Below, piece after piece: positions 50,251 to 63,200 of a DNA stretch of 64,000 nt (positions are counted from its first letter, which is position 1; every line of letters begins with the position of its first letter). The DNA comes from Leucoraja erinacea (lineage: Eukaryota), in assembly GCF_028641065.1 (NCBI RefSeq), contig NC_073381.1, forward strand, positions 9,920,001-9,984,000, written 5' to 3'. The notes beneath the pieces are model-generated. The model saw nothing but the letters and a program-made list of their open reading frames with translations, was not told the origin of the DNA and made no database searches. Made by a program: the position numbers and the translations under genes.

Positions 50251-52900
50251 CACATAATCGTATGACAGTGCATATGAATAGATGAATCTAACCGCTATTA
50301 AAAATAAATAAAGCAGCTAAAGGGATATAGCTACAAGGTGAGAGAGAGAAAGATGGATGGAGATATTCGGGGCAAGCTTTTTTTTTTTTAAAACACAGTG
50401 AGTGGTAGGGGCTTGGAATTCCTTGCCAGGTTTGGTGGTGGAGGCAGGTACAAAAGTAGTGTTTGAGGTTTTTTTGAAATGCACATGGAAGAGCAAGGAA
50501 TAGAGGGATAGCGATCATATGCAGGGAGATGAGATCAGTGCAGCTAGGCATCCTGTTCAGTACAAACATTGTGGACCAAAGAGTCCATTCCTGTGCTGTA
50601 TTGTTCTATGTTCTATAAACACTTTTTTTTTTAAATACTTGGGTCTGAAAATTCACTCACTTCAACATTTCTTCAAGCTATTTCCACACCCCACCTAAAA
50701 TGATCAACCCCTCAGAACCTTTTCCAACTCCCATTAATGACCTCTCCCCAACAATATCCTTCCCCACTCATCTCTCCCGCTCACTTCCAACTACAATCTA
50801 CTGGCCAGCATACTTGGTTCAAAATCTCCACTCTGTGCAATGAGGAGCAGTTGCCCAGGGACAGTCTTCATAGATATTTCCATGTGTAGGAGTTATTCTA
50901 TTGCACAAACACTTGTGCTTTGTGGTCTGGACACTTAGTCAGACTGTCCAAAGATATGATCAGCTTGCATTCTCCAAGGTCCTTTCACACACTCTGTTCT
51001 CACAAAGGGATCGCCATTTGTGAGGACCCTTGTTACTTCACTGATATTGCTGTTTTTTTAATGTCACTTTGCATAGGTATTGTTTGCATGCCGAAACAAA
51101 TTAGTTCAACCATGTAATTTGTAGAACTGATCTGGCCTTATTTCTCATAAAATCACAAAAGTGAGATGGACAGGGTCCCAGGATCAAAAATAAATAAAAA
51201 GCCAAATAAAGCCTTTTTTTCAGGGGCACAACTAACACAAAATTATACAATAAACCAAAGGAAGTTCGCTAAATTGTAAATAACATGACCATTCCCCATT
51301 CTTGCAGTGCTCAATGTTTGCATAAAACGTGTAGGGAGTTGTGGACTGTTCATTCAATCTCCAGAATCACCTTGATGGGGAAAAAGGTAGCCAACGTGGC
51401 AACTTCAATGTGTACGCCAAGTCCAATTCTCAGGATTCCCTACCCACAAAACGATCCAAAGTTAAGCAAAGTCTTATCACAACATAACATATTATTCTCA
51501 CCCATATCTAAAAAACCTGTGATTTTAAAGGATCCAAAACACTAGCTCAATTGCAAATGATAAAATTGGACAGCAAATTCCAGAAAGGACGCACACAGAT
51601 ACCAGAAGCCACTGCCTGGGCTGTTCTGTGTCTCCAGTTATTATTGATATTAATAACTCACTGGGGAAATACAGTGAAGCAAAAGTACTGATGCACTGGA
51701 TTCCCACTGAATAGCTCAGAAAATACTTGAACTTGTTCTGTCAAACAAACCTGAATTTTTAAATGGTACTACGACAGAATAACATATCATGAAGCAAAAA
51801 AAATGTTCGGAATCTGAAATAAAAACAATAAATGCTAGAAATATTCAGCAGATCAGGAAGCAGATATGGAGAGCAAGAACGATTTAGAGGAGAGAGCAAA
51901 AAAGTAATATGCGAGAACATATTCAATTGCAGGAAATCTGAGCATTTTATTTTATTCTTTTTAACTCATTCATCTCCTGTTCTATTAATAATTTCACCAG
52001 ATCATCTATGGCCAACTAGCCTTTACACTCTCAACACCAATGTCATTAGTTTGTCATCAGAATGTATTTCACATACATTTCCCACCATTCTCAGAAACAC
52101 AAATGAAACGTACTTAATTTCTCACTTTCTACATTTCTGATGAAAGGGCATCAACCTGAACAGTTAGAAACAAGAAACTGCAAAGCTGATTAATAGACAA
52201 AAAGTACACAAAGTGCTGGAGTAACTCAGCAGGTCAGCCAGCATCTCTGGAGAACATGGATAGGTGACGTTTTGGGTTAAGAACTTCAAAATGTTAACTT
52301 TGTTTCTCTCTTCACAGGTGATGCCTAACCTGCTGTTGTTCTAGCATTTTGTGTCTTTTTTTCCCCCAAAGATATCCTCACTGGCACAGAATCCTTCACA
52401 ATTATTGGCCAGAGATATATGGCACAGAAACAGGAACTTTAAACCTCCGAGTCCACATTTACCATCACCCACTCCCCCCATTTGCACCAGATTCCACTTG
52501 TTGTTGCATCTAAAAGAATGATTATCCTTGTTTTTAATCTGTCTTTATCTGTTCTACTCAATCTTTTTTTGAACCCTTATTTTATTCATCTGATTTGACA
52601 CCAAATTCAGTTCTTACTCATCCTGGTTCAGACTTCATGCCTTCGTGCCATTGCTCAATCTGATAAACTTAAGAAATGGCTCATTATATGCCTTGTTCAC
52701 ACATGTCCCAGATATTCTGTGGAGCAGACTGCACCAAAATTAATTTCTAAACAAACCATTTTCAGTTAAAATGCAATATAAAAAGCCTGAAATGTAGGTG
52801 TCATGAATAAACAATACCATCCAGGCACCACTGAAAAGAATCTAGCCAATTATTTCAAACAAGTACAAAATTAAAAGACTTAAATAAATGTAGTGCCTAC

Positions 52901-53012
52901 TGTGTTTGTCTGATTGGCAATTTCCTTCCCATTCTGATAAGTTGTAAACCTTGTGTGTTTTTGCTTCTTTCCGATGAGCGTGTCAATGAAAATCTCTGCA
53001 CCAGATCGAACC
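52901..53012 (-). CDS. COL19A1: COL19A1-like exon (112 nt, phase 1-2): GFDLVQRFSLTRSSERSKNTQGLQLIRMGRKLPIRQT, start of TSPN domain
   Basis: ttgcag acceptor and gtaggc donor. GFDL..F.L is the TSPN start motif of collagens IX/XVI/XIX. Confidence 0.85.
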
Positions 53013-53098
53013 CTGCAATATAAACCATTATTAATTTCCAATCAATTAATTGGGTGGATGAGATAAACATAGTGTTACTCATTTATCTCAAAAATGTT

Positions 53099-53411
53099 AC
53101 AATAGACAATAGGTGCAGGAGTAGGCTATTCGGCCCTTCGAGCCAGCACCGCCATTCAATGTGATCCCGGCTGATCATCCCCAATCAGTACCCCGTTCCT
53201 GCCTTCTCCCCATATCCCCCAACTCCGCTATCTTTAAGAGCCCTATCTAGCTCTCTCTTGAAAGTATCCAGAGAACTGGCCACAATCACTCTCTGAGGCA
53301 GAGAAATCCACAGACTCACCACTCCCTGTGAGAAAAGGTGTTTCCTCATCTCCGTTCTAAATGGCTTACCCCTTATTCTTAAACTGTAGCCCCTGGTTCT
53401 GGACTCCCCCA
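53099..53411 (-). mobile_element. CR1 3' fragment
   Basis: GESRTRGYSLRIRG...SLDTFKRELD with (ctattgt)n tail, about 90 nt upstream of a collagen exon acceptor. Confidence 0.9.
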
Positions 53412-55517
53412 GTTGATTCATAAAGGCATAGTCATACGGTACAAAACAAGCCCTTCAGTCCATCATGTCCTTGGTGACCATTAGATACTAGCACTTGATC
53501 TATATACTAGCACTTGTGCTTGCCTGGATACTTCAAAGTTTTAGAAGATAATTGCTTTCTCCATCGTCTAATGCAATGCATTGCAATTTCAACTATCCTC
53601 TGGATGAAATAAATTCTTCTTCAGATCCCCTCTTAATCTCTTACCCCTTATCTTAAATGCTCCTAATTAAAAAGGTGTCAGGGGTTGTGGGGCAAAGACA
53701 CGAGATTGGGGTTGAGAGGGAGAGATAGATTGGCCATGGTTGAATGGCCCAATTCTGCTCCTAGAACTTATGAACATATCCTAAGGCAACATAATGTGGA
53801 ATATTTTCTGCAATCTGCATCCTTCCTAACATTTCAGGATGTGTAAATCAGAGCTAGTCCATATTGAACAACACTTAAAAAAAAACATTGAAAAGGCAAG
53901 GGCGCATAATATTATGAATGGTGGACTTCAATGTCTATCAACAACAATAGCATCATAGCACCACAATTGACAGTGCTGGCTGAGCTTAGAAGGACTGATC
54001 GGCCAGATTGGATTTATGTTAGATGGTGAATGAACTAAACTATGGAATAAACCTGTTTGACCTTGTCATTACAAAAATACCTACCTGTGGCAGTTACAGT
54101 TATCTGTGAAAGCAGCAGTAGAGGGGACCACAACACAGTCCCTGTGGGGACAACGTTTGCTGCCACATACTGCAAAGATTATGGAACAGATCACCACACA
54201 GCTGTACAAATGAAGAGCTGCACTCCAGAAATACATTCAAGCATGAATTTTAAGTAACAAGTAACATTAATGTTATGCAAGTGTCGAACAATGCCCTATC
54301 CTTGGCATTCAACAGTATTAGGATTGGTGAGTCCCCACCATCAAGAACCAGACAATTATTCAACTGAACCAGTCACATAAACACAATGGAGGCATAAGAG
54401 ACTGCAGGAAAAGTATTAAAGGAAAAGGAAACAGGCCCATCAGCCCAACATGTCCACGCTGAACAAGATGCTCCATTTAATCTGGAATCTGTTACAAAAA
54501 AAGAGCTGCTGGAGGAACTTTGGGGATAAAGTTAGCATCTATGATGCCCAAATCCACTGAGTTCCTATAGCATCTCTCCTGTTTCGCAACATAAATACGA
54601 GTATAAGAGGAGGTCAGAAGCAGGGTCGAGAACCAGAAGATAAAGGCTTAAGATGAATGGAGAAAGAATCTGAGGGGGTAACTTTTTCCACTCAAAGAGT
54701 GTTGGATGTATCCCAAATCGAGCTACCGGAGGAGGTAGTGGAGGCAGGGATTATTGCAATGTTTAAGAAACAATTAGACAGGTCCATGGAGAGACAGGTT
54801 TGGAGGGATATGGGCCAATGCAGGCAGGTGGGACTAGTGTAGATGTGGCATGTGGGTCAGTGTTGGCAAGTTTGGTCAAAGGGCCCTTTTCCACACTGTA
54901 TGACTGAAATAAAAAATTCACTGTAAAAATGATCTTCCCTTCAAAAAGTCTGGCTTTATTGTTGGTTCTATTAATCTTGCAATTTTACATTGCAGTGATA
55001 TCGTGTAGCCTTTAGGGTCCCAGATAAATGGGTGTCCAGCTAAAGCTATATTACTTTAAGTCAAGAGACGTGTGCTGTTACCTGGAAATTTGACATTATG
55101 GTCGCAGCTAAAAGCGCAGCATGCACAGAGTGTATGGAAAGGACTTTGGCGAGATAAAGATGACAATGGCAGAATTAAATAAATTAAGCAAATATTTGAA
55201 GGAAAATACAGCAGGGCATGTGACCTCATGTACTTGTAATATCTGGTAGCTGATGGAAACTTGGCATAATGAGGACTGCAACTGAAAATTGTGTATGTGC
55301 TAAGAGGTACTTTGGCTCCGAGTTACGAGATGGAATCTGGGATTTGGAATTGATACTGTAGAATTTGTCAGTCAAGATGTGGAACAGTGGACATGAATGA
55401 AGCAGGCAAGGGGATCCGGAGGTAGGTTTGCAAGAGCAACACCTGTAATGGTTGTTGGCAGGCACATACAACCCATGTGGATGAGAGCGGTGATTTTAGG
55501 CAGGTCACATGAACTGA

Positions 55518-55937
55518 CTTGTACACGCTAGAATTTAGAAGAATGAGGGGATGGTCTTATAGAAACTTACAAAATTCTTAAGGGGTTGGACAGGCTAGAT
55601 GCAGGAAGATTGTTTCCGATGTTGGGGAAGTCCAGGACAAGGGGTCACAGTTTAAGGATACGGGGGAAATCCTTTAAAACCGAGATGAGAAAAACATTTT
55701 TCACACAGAGCGGTGAATCTCTGGAACTCTCTGCCACAGAGGGTAGTCGAGGCCAGTTCATTGGCTATATTTAAGAGGGAGTTAGATGTGGCCCTTGTGG
55801 CTGAAGGGATCAGGGGGTATGGAGAGAAGGCAGGTATGGGATACTGAGTTGGATGATCAGCCATGATCATATTGAATGGTGGTGCAGGCTCGAAGGGCCG
55901 AATGGTCTCCTCCTGCACCTATTTTCTATGTTTCTAT
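55518..55937 (+). mobile_element. CR1 3' fragment
   Basis: DAGRLFPMLGKSRTRGHSLRIRG; (tttctatg)n tail. Confidence 0.9.
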
Positions 55938-56161
55938 GAAGGTACCATCTAGGATATGCACTATAATTACTTGCCTAGGTTACGAACAGCTCAAAATTTA
56001 CCACCAAAAAGGAAAAGGGAAGAAAATAACTGAGAACACCACTATCTACAGGCTCCCCTCTAAATAACATGTCATTCAAACTTGAAAATATAACCCGTTT
56101 TCTCACTGTTGCAGAGTCTAGATCTGGAAGTCCCTAACCAACAACACCGTGTGCGATCTTA

Positions 56162-57834
56162 CAATGCATTCAGAAAGTATTCAAACACTTTCGCTTTTTC
56201 CACATTTTATTACGTTACAGCCTTATTCTAAAATGGATTAAATTATTTTTTTAAATATCATCAATCTACACACAATACCCCATAATAAATAAGCAAAACC
56301 ATGTTTAGAAATTTTTGGAAAGTAATTAAAAAGTAAAAACTGAAATATCACATTTACATAAGTATTCAGACCCTTTACTCACAACTTTGTTGAGGCACCT
56401 TTGGCAGTGATTACAGCCTCAAGTCTTCTTGGGTATGACGCTACAAGCTTGGCACACTTGTATTTGGGTAATTTCTCCAATTTTTTCTCTGCAGATCCTC
56501 TCAAGCTCTGTCAGGTTGGATGGGGAGCGTCAATGCATGGATATTTTCAGGTCCCTCCAGAAATGTTCGAACGGGTTCAACAAATGTTAATTTGTGTTTA
56601 TTGAGTGTTTATTATTACATGTATGGCTGCCGGCAATGACATTTCGTTCAGACCGAAAGGTCTGAATGACAAATAAAGGATTCAATTCAATTACGATTCA
56701 AGTCCGGGCTCTGGCTGGGCTACTCAAGGACATTCACACACTTGTCACGAAGCCACACCTGCGTTGTCTTGGCTGTGTGCTTAGGGTCGTTAACCTGTTG
56801 GAAGGTGAACCTCAACCCAGTCTGAGGACCAGAACGCTCTGGAGCAGGTTTTCATCAAAGATCTCTCTGTACTTTGCTCCATCTTTCCCTCGATCCTGAC
56901 TAGTCTCCCAGTTCCTGCCGCTGAAAAACATCCCCACAGCATGATGCTGCCACCAGCATTCTTCACCGTAGGTATGGTATTGGCCAGGTGATGAGCAGTG
57001 CCTGGTTTCCTCCAGACATGAAGCTTGGCATTCAGGCCAAAGAGCTCAATCTTGGTTTCATCAGATCAGCGAATCTTGTTTCTCATGGTCTGAGAGTCCT
57101 TTAGGTGCCTTTTGGCAAACTCCAAGCGGGCTGTCATGCGTCTTTTACTGATGAGTGACTTCCGTCTGGCCACTCTACCATAAAGGCTTGATTGGTGGAG
57201 GGCTGCAGATATAGTTGTCCTTCTGGAAGTTTCTCCCATCTCCACAGAGGAACTCTGGAACTCTGTCAGTGACCATTGGGTTCTTGGTCACCTCCCTGAC
57301 CAAGGCCCTTCTCCCCCAATTTCCCAGTTTGGCCGGGCAGCCAGCTCTATGAAGATGGAGGCCACTGTGCTCTTCGGGATCTGCAATGCTGCAGAAATTG
57401 GTATATACCCTTCCCCAGATCTGTGTCTCCACACAATCCTGTCTCGGAGGTCTACGGACAATTCCTTCTTCTTCATGACTTGGTTTTTGCTCTGACATGC
57501 ACGGTCAATTGTGGGACCCCATAAAGGCAGGTGTGTGCTTTTCCAAATCATATCCAATCAATTTTATGTACCACTGGTGGACTCCAATCAAGTTGTAGAA
57601 ACATCTCAAGGATAATCAATGGAAACAGGATGAACCGAAGCTCAATTTTGAGCGTCATAGCAAAGGGTCTGAATACTTATGTGAATGTGATATTTCAGTT
57701 ATTTCTTTTTAATCACTTTGCAAAAATGTCTAAATACCTGTTTTCACTTCATCATTCTGGGGTATTAAAATAAGGCTGTAATGTAACAAAACGTGGAAAA
57801 AGTGAAGGGATCTGAATACTTTCTGAATGCACTG
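56162..57834 (-). mobile_element. Near full-length Tc1-like transposon, disrupted transposase
   Basis: TA flanks; TIR CA(A/G)TGCATTCAGAAAGTATTCA with inner repeats; MKKKELSVDLRDRIVWRHRSGEGY paired-like domain and DDE region on the minus strand. Confidence 0.93.
56581..56701 (+). mobile_element. Short Rex1/Babar-type LINE 3' end inserted in the Tc1
   Basis: Hairpin TTCAGACC-GAAA-GGTCTGAA, AATAAA, (TTCAA)n tail; TTCAA on both flanks. Confidence 0.65.
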
Positions 57835-58571
57835 TATATCAGTACTGCATTGGTTCATACAAGAGATACAAGATACATTTAATTGTCATTTCATGGAAGA
57901 GATTCACCAACACTTGAAAGAAATTTGGATGGGTTATTACATTTTGTCTTCTAACAATGCCCTAATCCCATCAATGAATAAAAAGAATAGGTTGGTTGGA
58001 AGATAAAGTTAGCATTCATTTTAAACCCACAGGATGCAGTTTCATTACCATCCACCTAACATCATTGTGCATTCGCTCAACGGGAGTAAATTCAACTCTA
58101 ATGTAAAATAAACACTATACTCAAGCCCAAGTTTCTTAATGGGCAGTTTAGGTTAAAGTTGACCCCTGTGCGTCTAACTACTATAAAAAAAAAGGCTGTG
58201 CAGTATTAAAACACAAAACATGAGGAATTCTTTATTTTCTCTCCCTTAATCTCTTCTTACTAGGAAGGGACATACACAAGTTTGAAATGGGGCAATCTAT
58301 GGTAAATGCTCAGTGGGCTATCTATCACTGATTCTCACATCATGTTATCCTCCAAAAAATGAATGAATCACTGATTTTTATTCTCCTTAAAGTCTGCATC
58401 ATTCTCTCTGGAATCTCTCAAGGATCTATCCCTGGTCCCTTCCTATTTCACATCAAACCATTTCCTCTTGAAATGATTATACAACAAATGGAAGGAGACG
58501 TAAAAAGGTGTATTTTCTTTCTGTGGTGAAGCAGTTATTGGAAGGAGCAACAACAATTTGGTACGATTTAC

Positions 58572-58646
58572 CTAAAGCATCAGCATGTCGCTTGTGCATC
58601 TGTCTGGGGTGCAGTCCGTCTGACTGAATGGGCGGGCATATAGCAT
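58572..58646 (-). CDS. COL19A1: COL19A1-like FACIT collagen, exon (75 nt, phase 1-1): (D)AICPPIQSDGLHPRQMHKRHADAL(G)
   Basis: Branch-like ctgac plus tctttcccttggttttgctcacag acceptor and AG|gtaaat donor. The CP motif and length match the exon that precedes GFDL in collagen XIX (recalled). Phase fits the next exon. Confidence 0.75.
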   Translation of the reverse strand: MLYARPFSQTDCTPDRCTSDMLML

Positions 58647-59714
58647 CTGTGAGCAAAACCAAGGGAAAGAGTTGCGTCAGAACGAATCGTGTCGATAACA
58701 TATCCCCGAGATAAAGAATCACGTCCCCAGCCTCTTAAAATTATCACGTTATTAAAAATTTGAACTGAGGCTTAGCTATATATAACCTCTAACATAAATA
58801 ACCATAAAAATCTCATTGAATTTGAGAGCATGCCCATGATGCAGGTATCTACTTCTGTTATCACCTAAACCTTGTGCAGCTGTGATGATCAACGGGCTTC
58901 TAGTAGTTAATTATTTCTGATTTTGGAAGGTCTATTGCCTCACATATTGTTGGAAATAACCTGAAATGATCTTTTTCCCTGTTGGTGTGTAGAAGTGGGT
59001 GTTTAGAAGGATCATTTAACACAAATTAGCAACCAGGGTGAGATTCATACATTTCAGTAGCCATTAACTGCCGGTCATAAACTATCCTCTGTAATTTAAT
59101 TAATTTATATACAACATTTCACACGCTTAGGATGCTAAAAGCATTTTATAGCCACAAAGTATTTTGAAGTATAGTTCATGATATCGGCTTAACGGTGTGC
59201 TTGCTAAATGGATTATTCATCTCTGGCAGGAGGATGTACGAGTAGAAAATAATAATGAAAAGAAAATGACAACCATCTGGGTTTCGTTCGTCAAATCTGT
59301 TTTACTTTGCTAGTTTGGTCTCACATCCCCTTAACTCATCTCCAAAAATCACATCTAATTGTTACAAAGCCAATTACTTCAATACTTTTATTTTCCTGAT
59401 AATACATTCCATTATTCTATTCCTTTGGTTAAAAAAAAAAGTTGTAACCTACACTGACTTATTTCCAACACTTCAATTTGAGCCCATGATGTCTAAATGT
59501 TTCTCAGAGGAATCTTCCTTAGCCTCGTTATGTTTCTGTTTATTTCAATTTCAAATTCTGTTGTCCACATTGATTCCTACTATGAATAGATCCAGAAATA
59601 ACCACTGCTCAAAGTAATTAATTGCATCACTCCTTAGAAATACATTAATTTTTTTACATTAATTTCAGAGAACGTTTTGTAGATACGTTGAGTTAATCCC
59701 TTATTTAACTATAA

Positions 59715-60203
59715 CTATTGAATACTAACAAAATGACTGCTGAATTTTTCTATAGCTAAGGAACAATCATAACACACATATTCTTTTACATAATAAATAA
59801 TGGAAGGAAAAACGTTCAGTAGAGTTAGTCCCTGGTGAGATAGGCGTTTACAGTCCGAATTGCCTCTGGGAAGAAACTCCTTCTCAACCTCTCCGTTCTC
59901 ACCGCATGCCAACGGAGGCGTTTGCCTGACCGTAGCAGCTGGAACAGTCCATTGCAGGGGTAGAAGGGGTCTCCCATGATTTGCTCTGGAGTTGCACCTC
60001 CTGTTGTATAGTTCCTGCAGGGGGGGGTGAGTGAAGTTCCCATAGTGCGTTCGGCCGAACGCACTACTCTCTGCAGAACCTTCTTGTCCTTGGCAGAGCA
60101 ATTCCCAAACCAGATGGTAATGTTCCCGGACAAGATGCTTTCCACCGTCGCTGCGTAGAAGCACTGGAGGATCCTCGGAGACACTCTGAATTTCCTCAAT
60201 TGA
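59715..60203 (-). mobile_element. Rex1/Babar LINE 3' fragment
   Basis: FYAATVESILSGNITIWFGNC...LQRVVRSAE...RLRRSFFPEAIR. Confidence 0.85.
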
Positions 60204-60204
60204 A

Positions 60205-63200
60205 TTGAGTCAGAGGGAAAGTCTGAGAGGTCAGCAACAGGTGAAGGAGTGCAGGGATTGGCTGAGGAATTTAATTTGCAAATTGATAAATTGGCAAATT
60301 AGGCAATTAATCAGCCAATATAAGCAAGGTAGCTCTAGGGGGAGTGGCCAGACGGGGAGCCTGGCAGGCATGGTGGAGCAGTATGTCTCCTGCAGGATGT
60401 GGAAAGACAGGGACACTGCTGGTGCTTCTGGAAACTACACCTGCAGAAATTGTGTCTAGGTGCAGCTCCTGAATGAATGTGTTAGGGAACTGGAGAAGCA
60501 GCTAGATGACCTCGGGCCCATCCAGGAAAACAAGAGTTTCCTGGACAGACCTACAGTGAGGTTATCACACCAAGGATACAGAAAGAACAAAGGTGGGTGA
60601 CTGTGAGAAAGGGAAGTAACTGTGGAGCGCAGGAGACCCCAGTGGCTGTGCCAAATGGAAACAGGTACACCCTTTTGGGAGCTGTCGGGGCAGAGAGGAT
60701 GCTTCCAGACTGAGCGGCGGACAGGTCGGTGGCTCCTCCCCTAGTGATGAGACTCGACTAGCGAGACCGACGTCGGGCAGAGCCATAGTGGTGGGCGATT
60801 CCATTGTCCGAGGAGCAGACAGGAGATTCTCTGTCTCAGAGGGCGGTGGAGGGACAGGTTCTCTGGATGCTTTCAAGAGCGAGCTAGATAGGGCTCTTGA
60901 AAATAGCGGTGTCAGGGGATATGGGGAGAGGGCAGGAACTGGGTACTGATTTGGGATGATCAACCATGATCACATTGAATTGCGGTGCTGGCTCGAAGTG
61001 CCAAATAGCATACTCCTGTACCTATTGTCTATTCTGTGGCGGCAGACGAGACGCGAGGATGGTCTGTTGTCTCCCTGGTGCCAGGGTTCAGGATGTCATG
61101 AGCCGAATTCAGAACATCCTCGAGAGGGAGAGAAGGTGAACAGCCAGCAGTAATTGTGTACGTGGGCACAAACGACATCGGGAAGAAGAGGAAGGACATT
61201 CTCCAACATGAGCTCCGAGAGTTGGGAAGAAGACTGAAAGGCAGGACTTCTAGGGTGGTTATCTCTGGATTGCTTCCAGTACCTCGTGCTAGTGAGGACA
61301 GGAACAGGGAGATAGGGGACCTGAATGTGTGGCTGAGGGGCTGGTACAAGGAGCATGAATTTAGATTTATAGGCCACTAGTATCTCTTCTGGGGAAGGGG
61401 TGACCTGTACAAAAGTGATGGGTTACACCTTAACTGGAGGGGGACCGACATTCTGGCAGGCAGGTTTGCTAGGGAAACACATGTGGGTTTAAACTAAATA
61501 GTGGGGGGGGGGATTGACAAATTTGGTGTATAAAGATGGAGTTGAAGGGGAAGTGAGTGCAGGAAAAATTTCAAAAGATTCTCGAATTAATGGGAAGGAA
61601 AGTTCAAGAAGGGATAAAAGAGTAAGGTCGAGGCCAATTGCGAGCGGTGGGAGGGGGGACGTGAATACGGAGTCAAAGTGTTCTATATGAATGCGCAAGT
61701 ATAAGAAATAAAGTGGACGAGCTTGAGGCTCAGAAATTGGCAAGTATGATGTTGTGGGAATTACAGAGACATGGCTGCAAGAGGGCCAGGGCTTGGAACT
61801 GAATATTCAAGGGTATACCTCCTATCGAAAAGACAGACAGGTGGGCAGAGGGGGTGGGGTAGCTCTGTTGGTGAGGAATGAAACTCGGTTCCTTGCAAGG
61901 GGTGACATAGAAAGTTGATGTGGAGTCAGTATGGATAGAACTGAGCAATTGTAAGGGTAAAAAGACCCTAATGGGACATCATTGGCCCCCAAACGGTAGC
62001 CTGGACATAGGGTGCAAGTTGAATCAGGAGTTAAAAATGGCATGTAGCAAATGCTGTAGTTGTTATGGGAGATTTCAACACGCAGGTAGACTGGGAAAAT
62101 CAGGTTGGTACTGGACCCCAAGAAAGGGGACTTTGTAGAGTGCCTTTATGATGGCTTCTTAGAGCAGCTTGTATTGGAGCCAACCATAGAGAAGGGAATT
62201 CTGGATTCAGTGTTATGTAATAAACCGGATTTGATAAAGGAACTTGAGGTTAATGAGCCATTAGGAGGTAGTGACCATAATATGGTCAGGTTTAATCTAC
62301 AATTGGAGAGAAAGGAAGATCAGAGGTGTCAGTGTTACAGTTGAATAAAGGGGACTATGGGACATGAGGGAGGAGCTGGCCAAAGGTGACTGGAAAGATA
62401 CACTAGCAGGGATGACAGTGGAACAACAATGGCAGGTATTTCTAGGAATAATACAGAAGGTGCAGGATCAGTTAATTCCTAGGAGGACGAAAGATTCCAA
62501 GGGGAGTAAGGGGCGACCATGGCTGACAAGGGACATCAGGGACAGTATAAAAATAAAAGAGAAGTACAACGTAGCAAAGATGAGTGGGAAGCAAGAGGAT
62601 TGGGTAATGTTTAAAGAGCAACAGAAGATAACTAAAAAGACAATACGGGGAGAAAAGATGAGGTCTGAAGGTAAGCTAGCCAAGAATATAAAGCAGGATA
62701 GTAAAAGCTTCTTTAGGTATGTGAAGAAGAAAAAAATAGTTTAGACCAAAGTTGGACCCTTGATGACCAAAAAAGGTGAATTTATTATGGGGGAACAAGG
62801 AAATGGCAGATGAGTTGAACAGGTACTTTGCATCTGTCTTCACTAAGGAGAACACAAACAATCCTCCTGATATAGTAATGCCCAGAAGATCTGGGGTGAA
62901 GGAGGAATTAAAAGAAATCCACATTAGGCAGGAAATGGTGTTGGGTAGACTGATGGGACTGAAGGCTGATAAATCCACAGGACCTGATGGTCTGCATCCC
63001 AGGGTAATTAAGGAAGTGGCTCTAGAATTCGTGGATGCATTGGTGATAATTTTCCAATGTTCTATAGACTCGGGATCAGTTCCTGTGGATTAGAGGGTAG
63101 CTAATGTTATCCCACTTTTTAAGAAAGGCGGGAGAGAGAAAACAGGGAATTATGGACCAGTTAGCCTGACATCGGTGGTGGGGAAGATGCTGGAGTCAAT

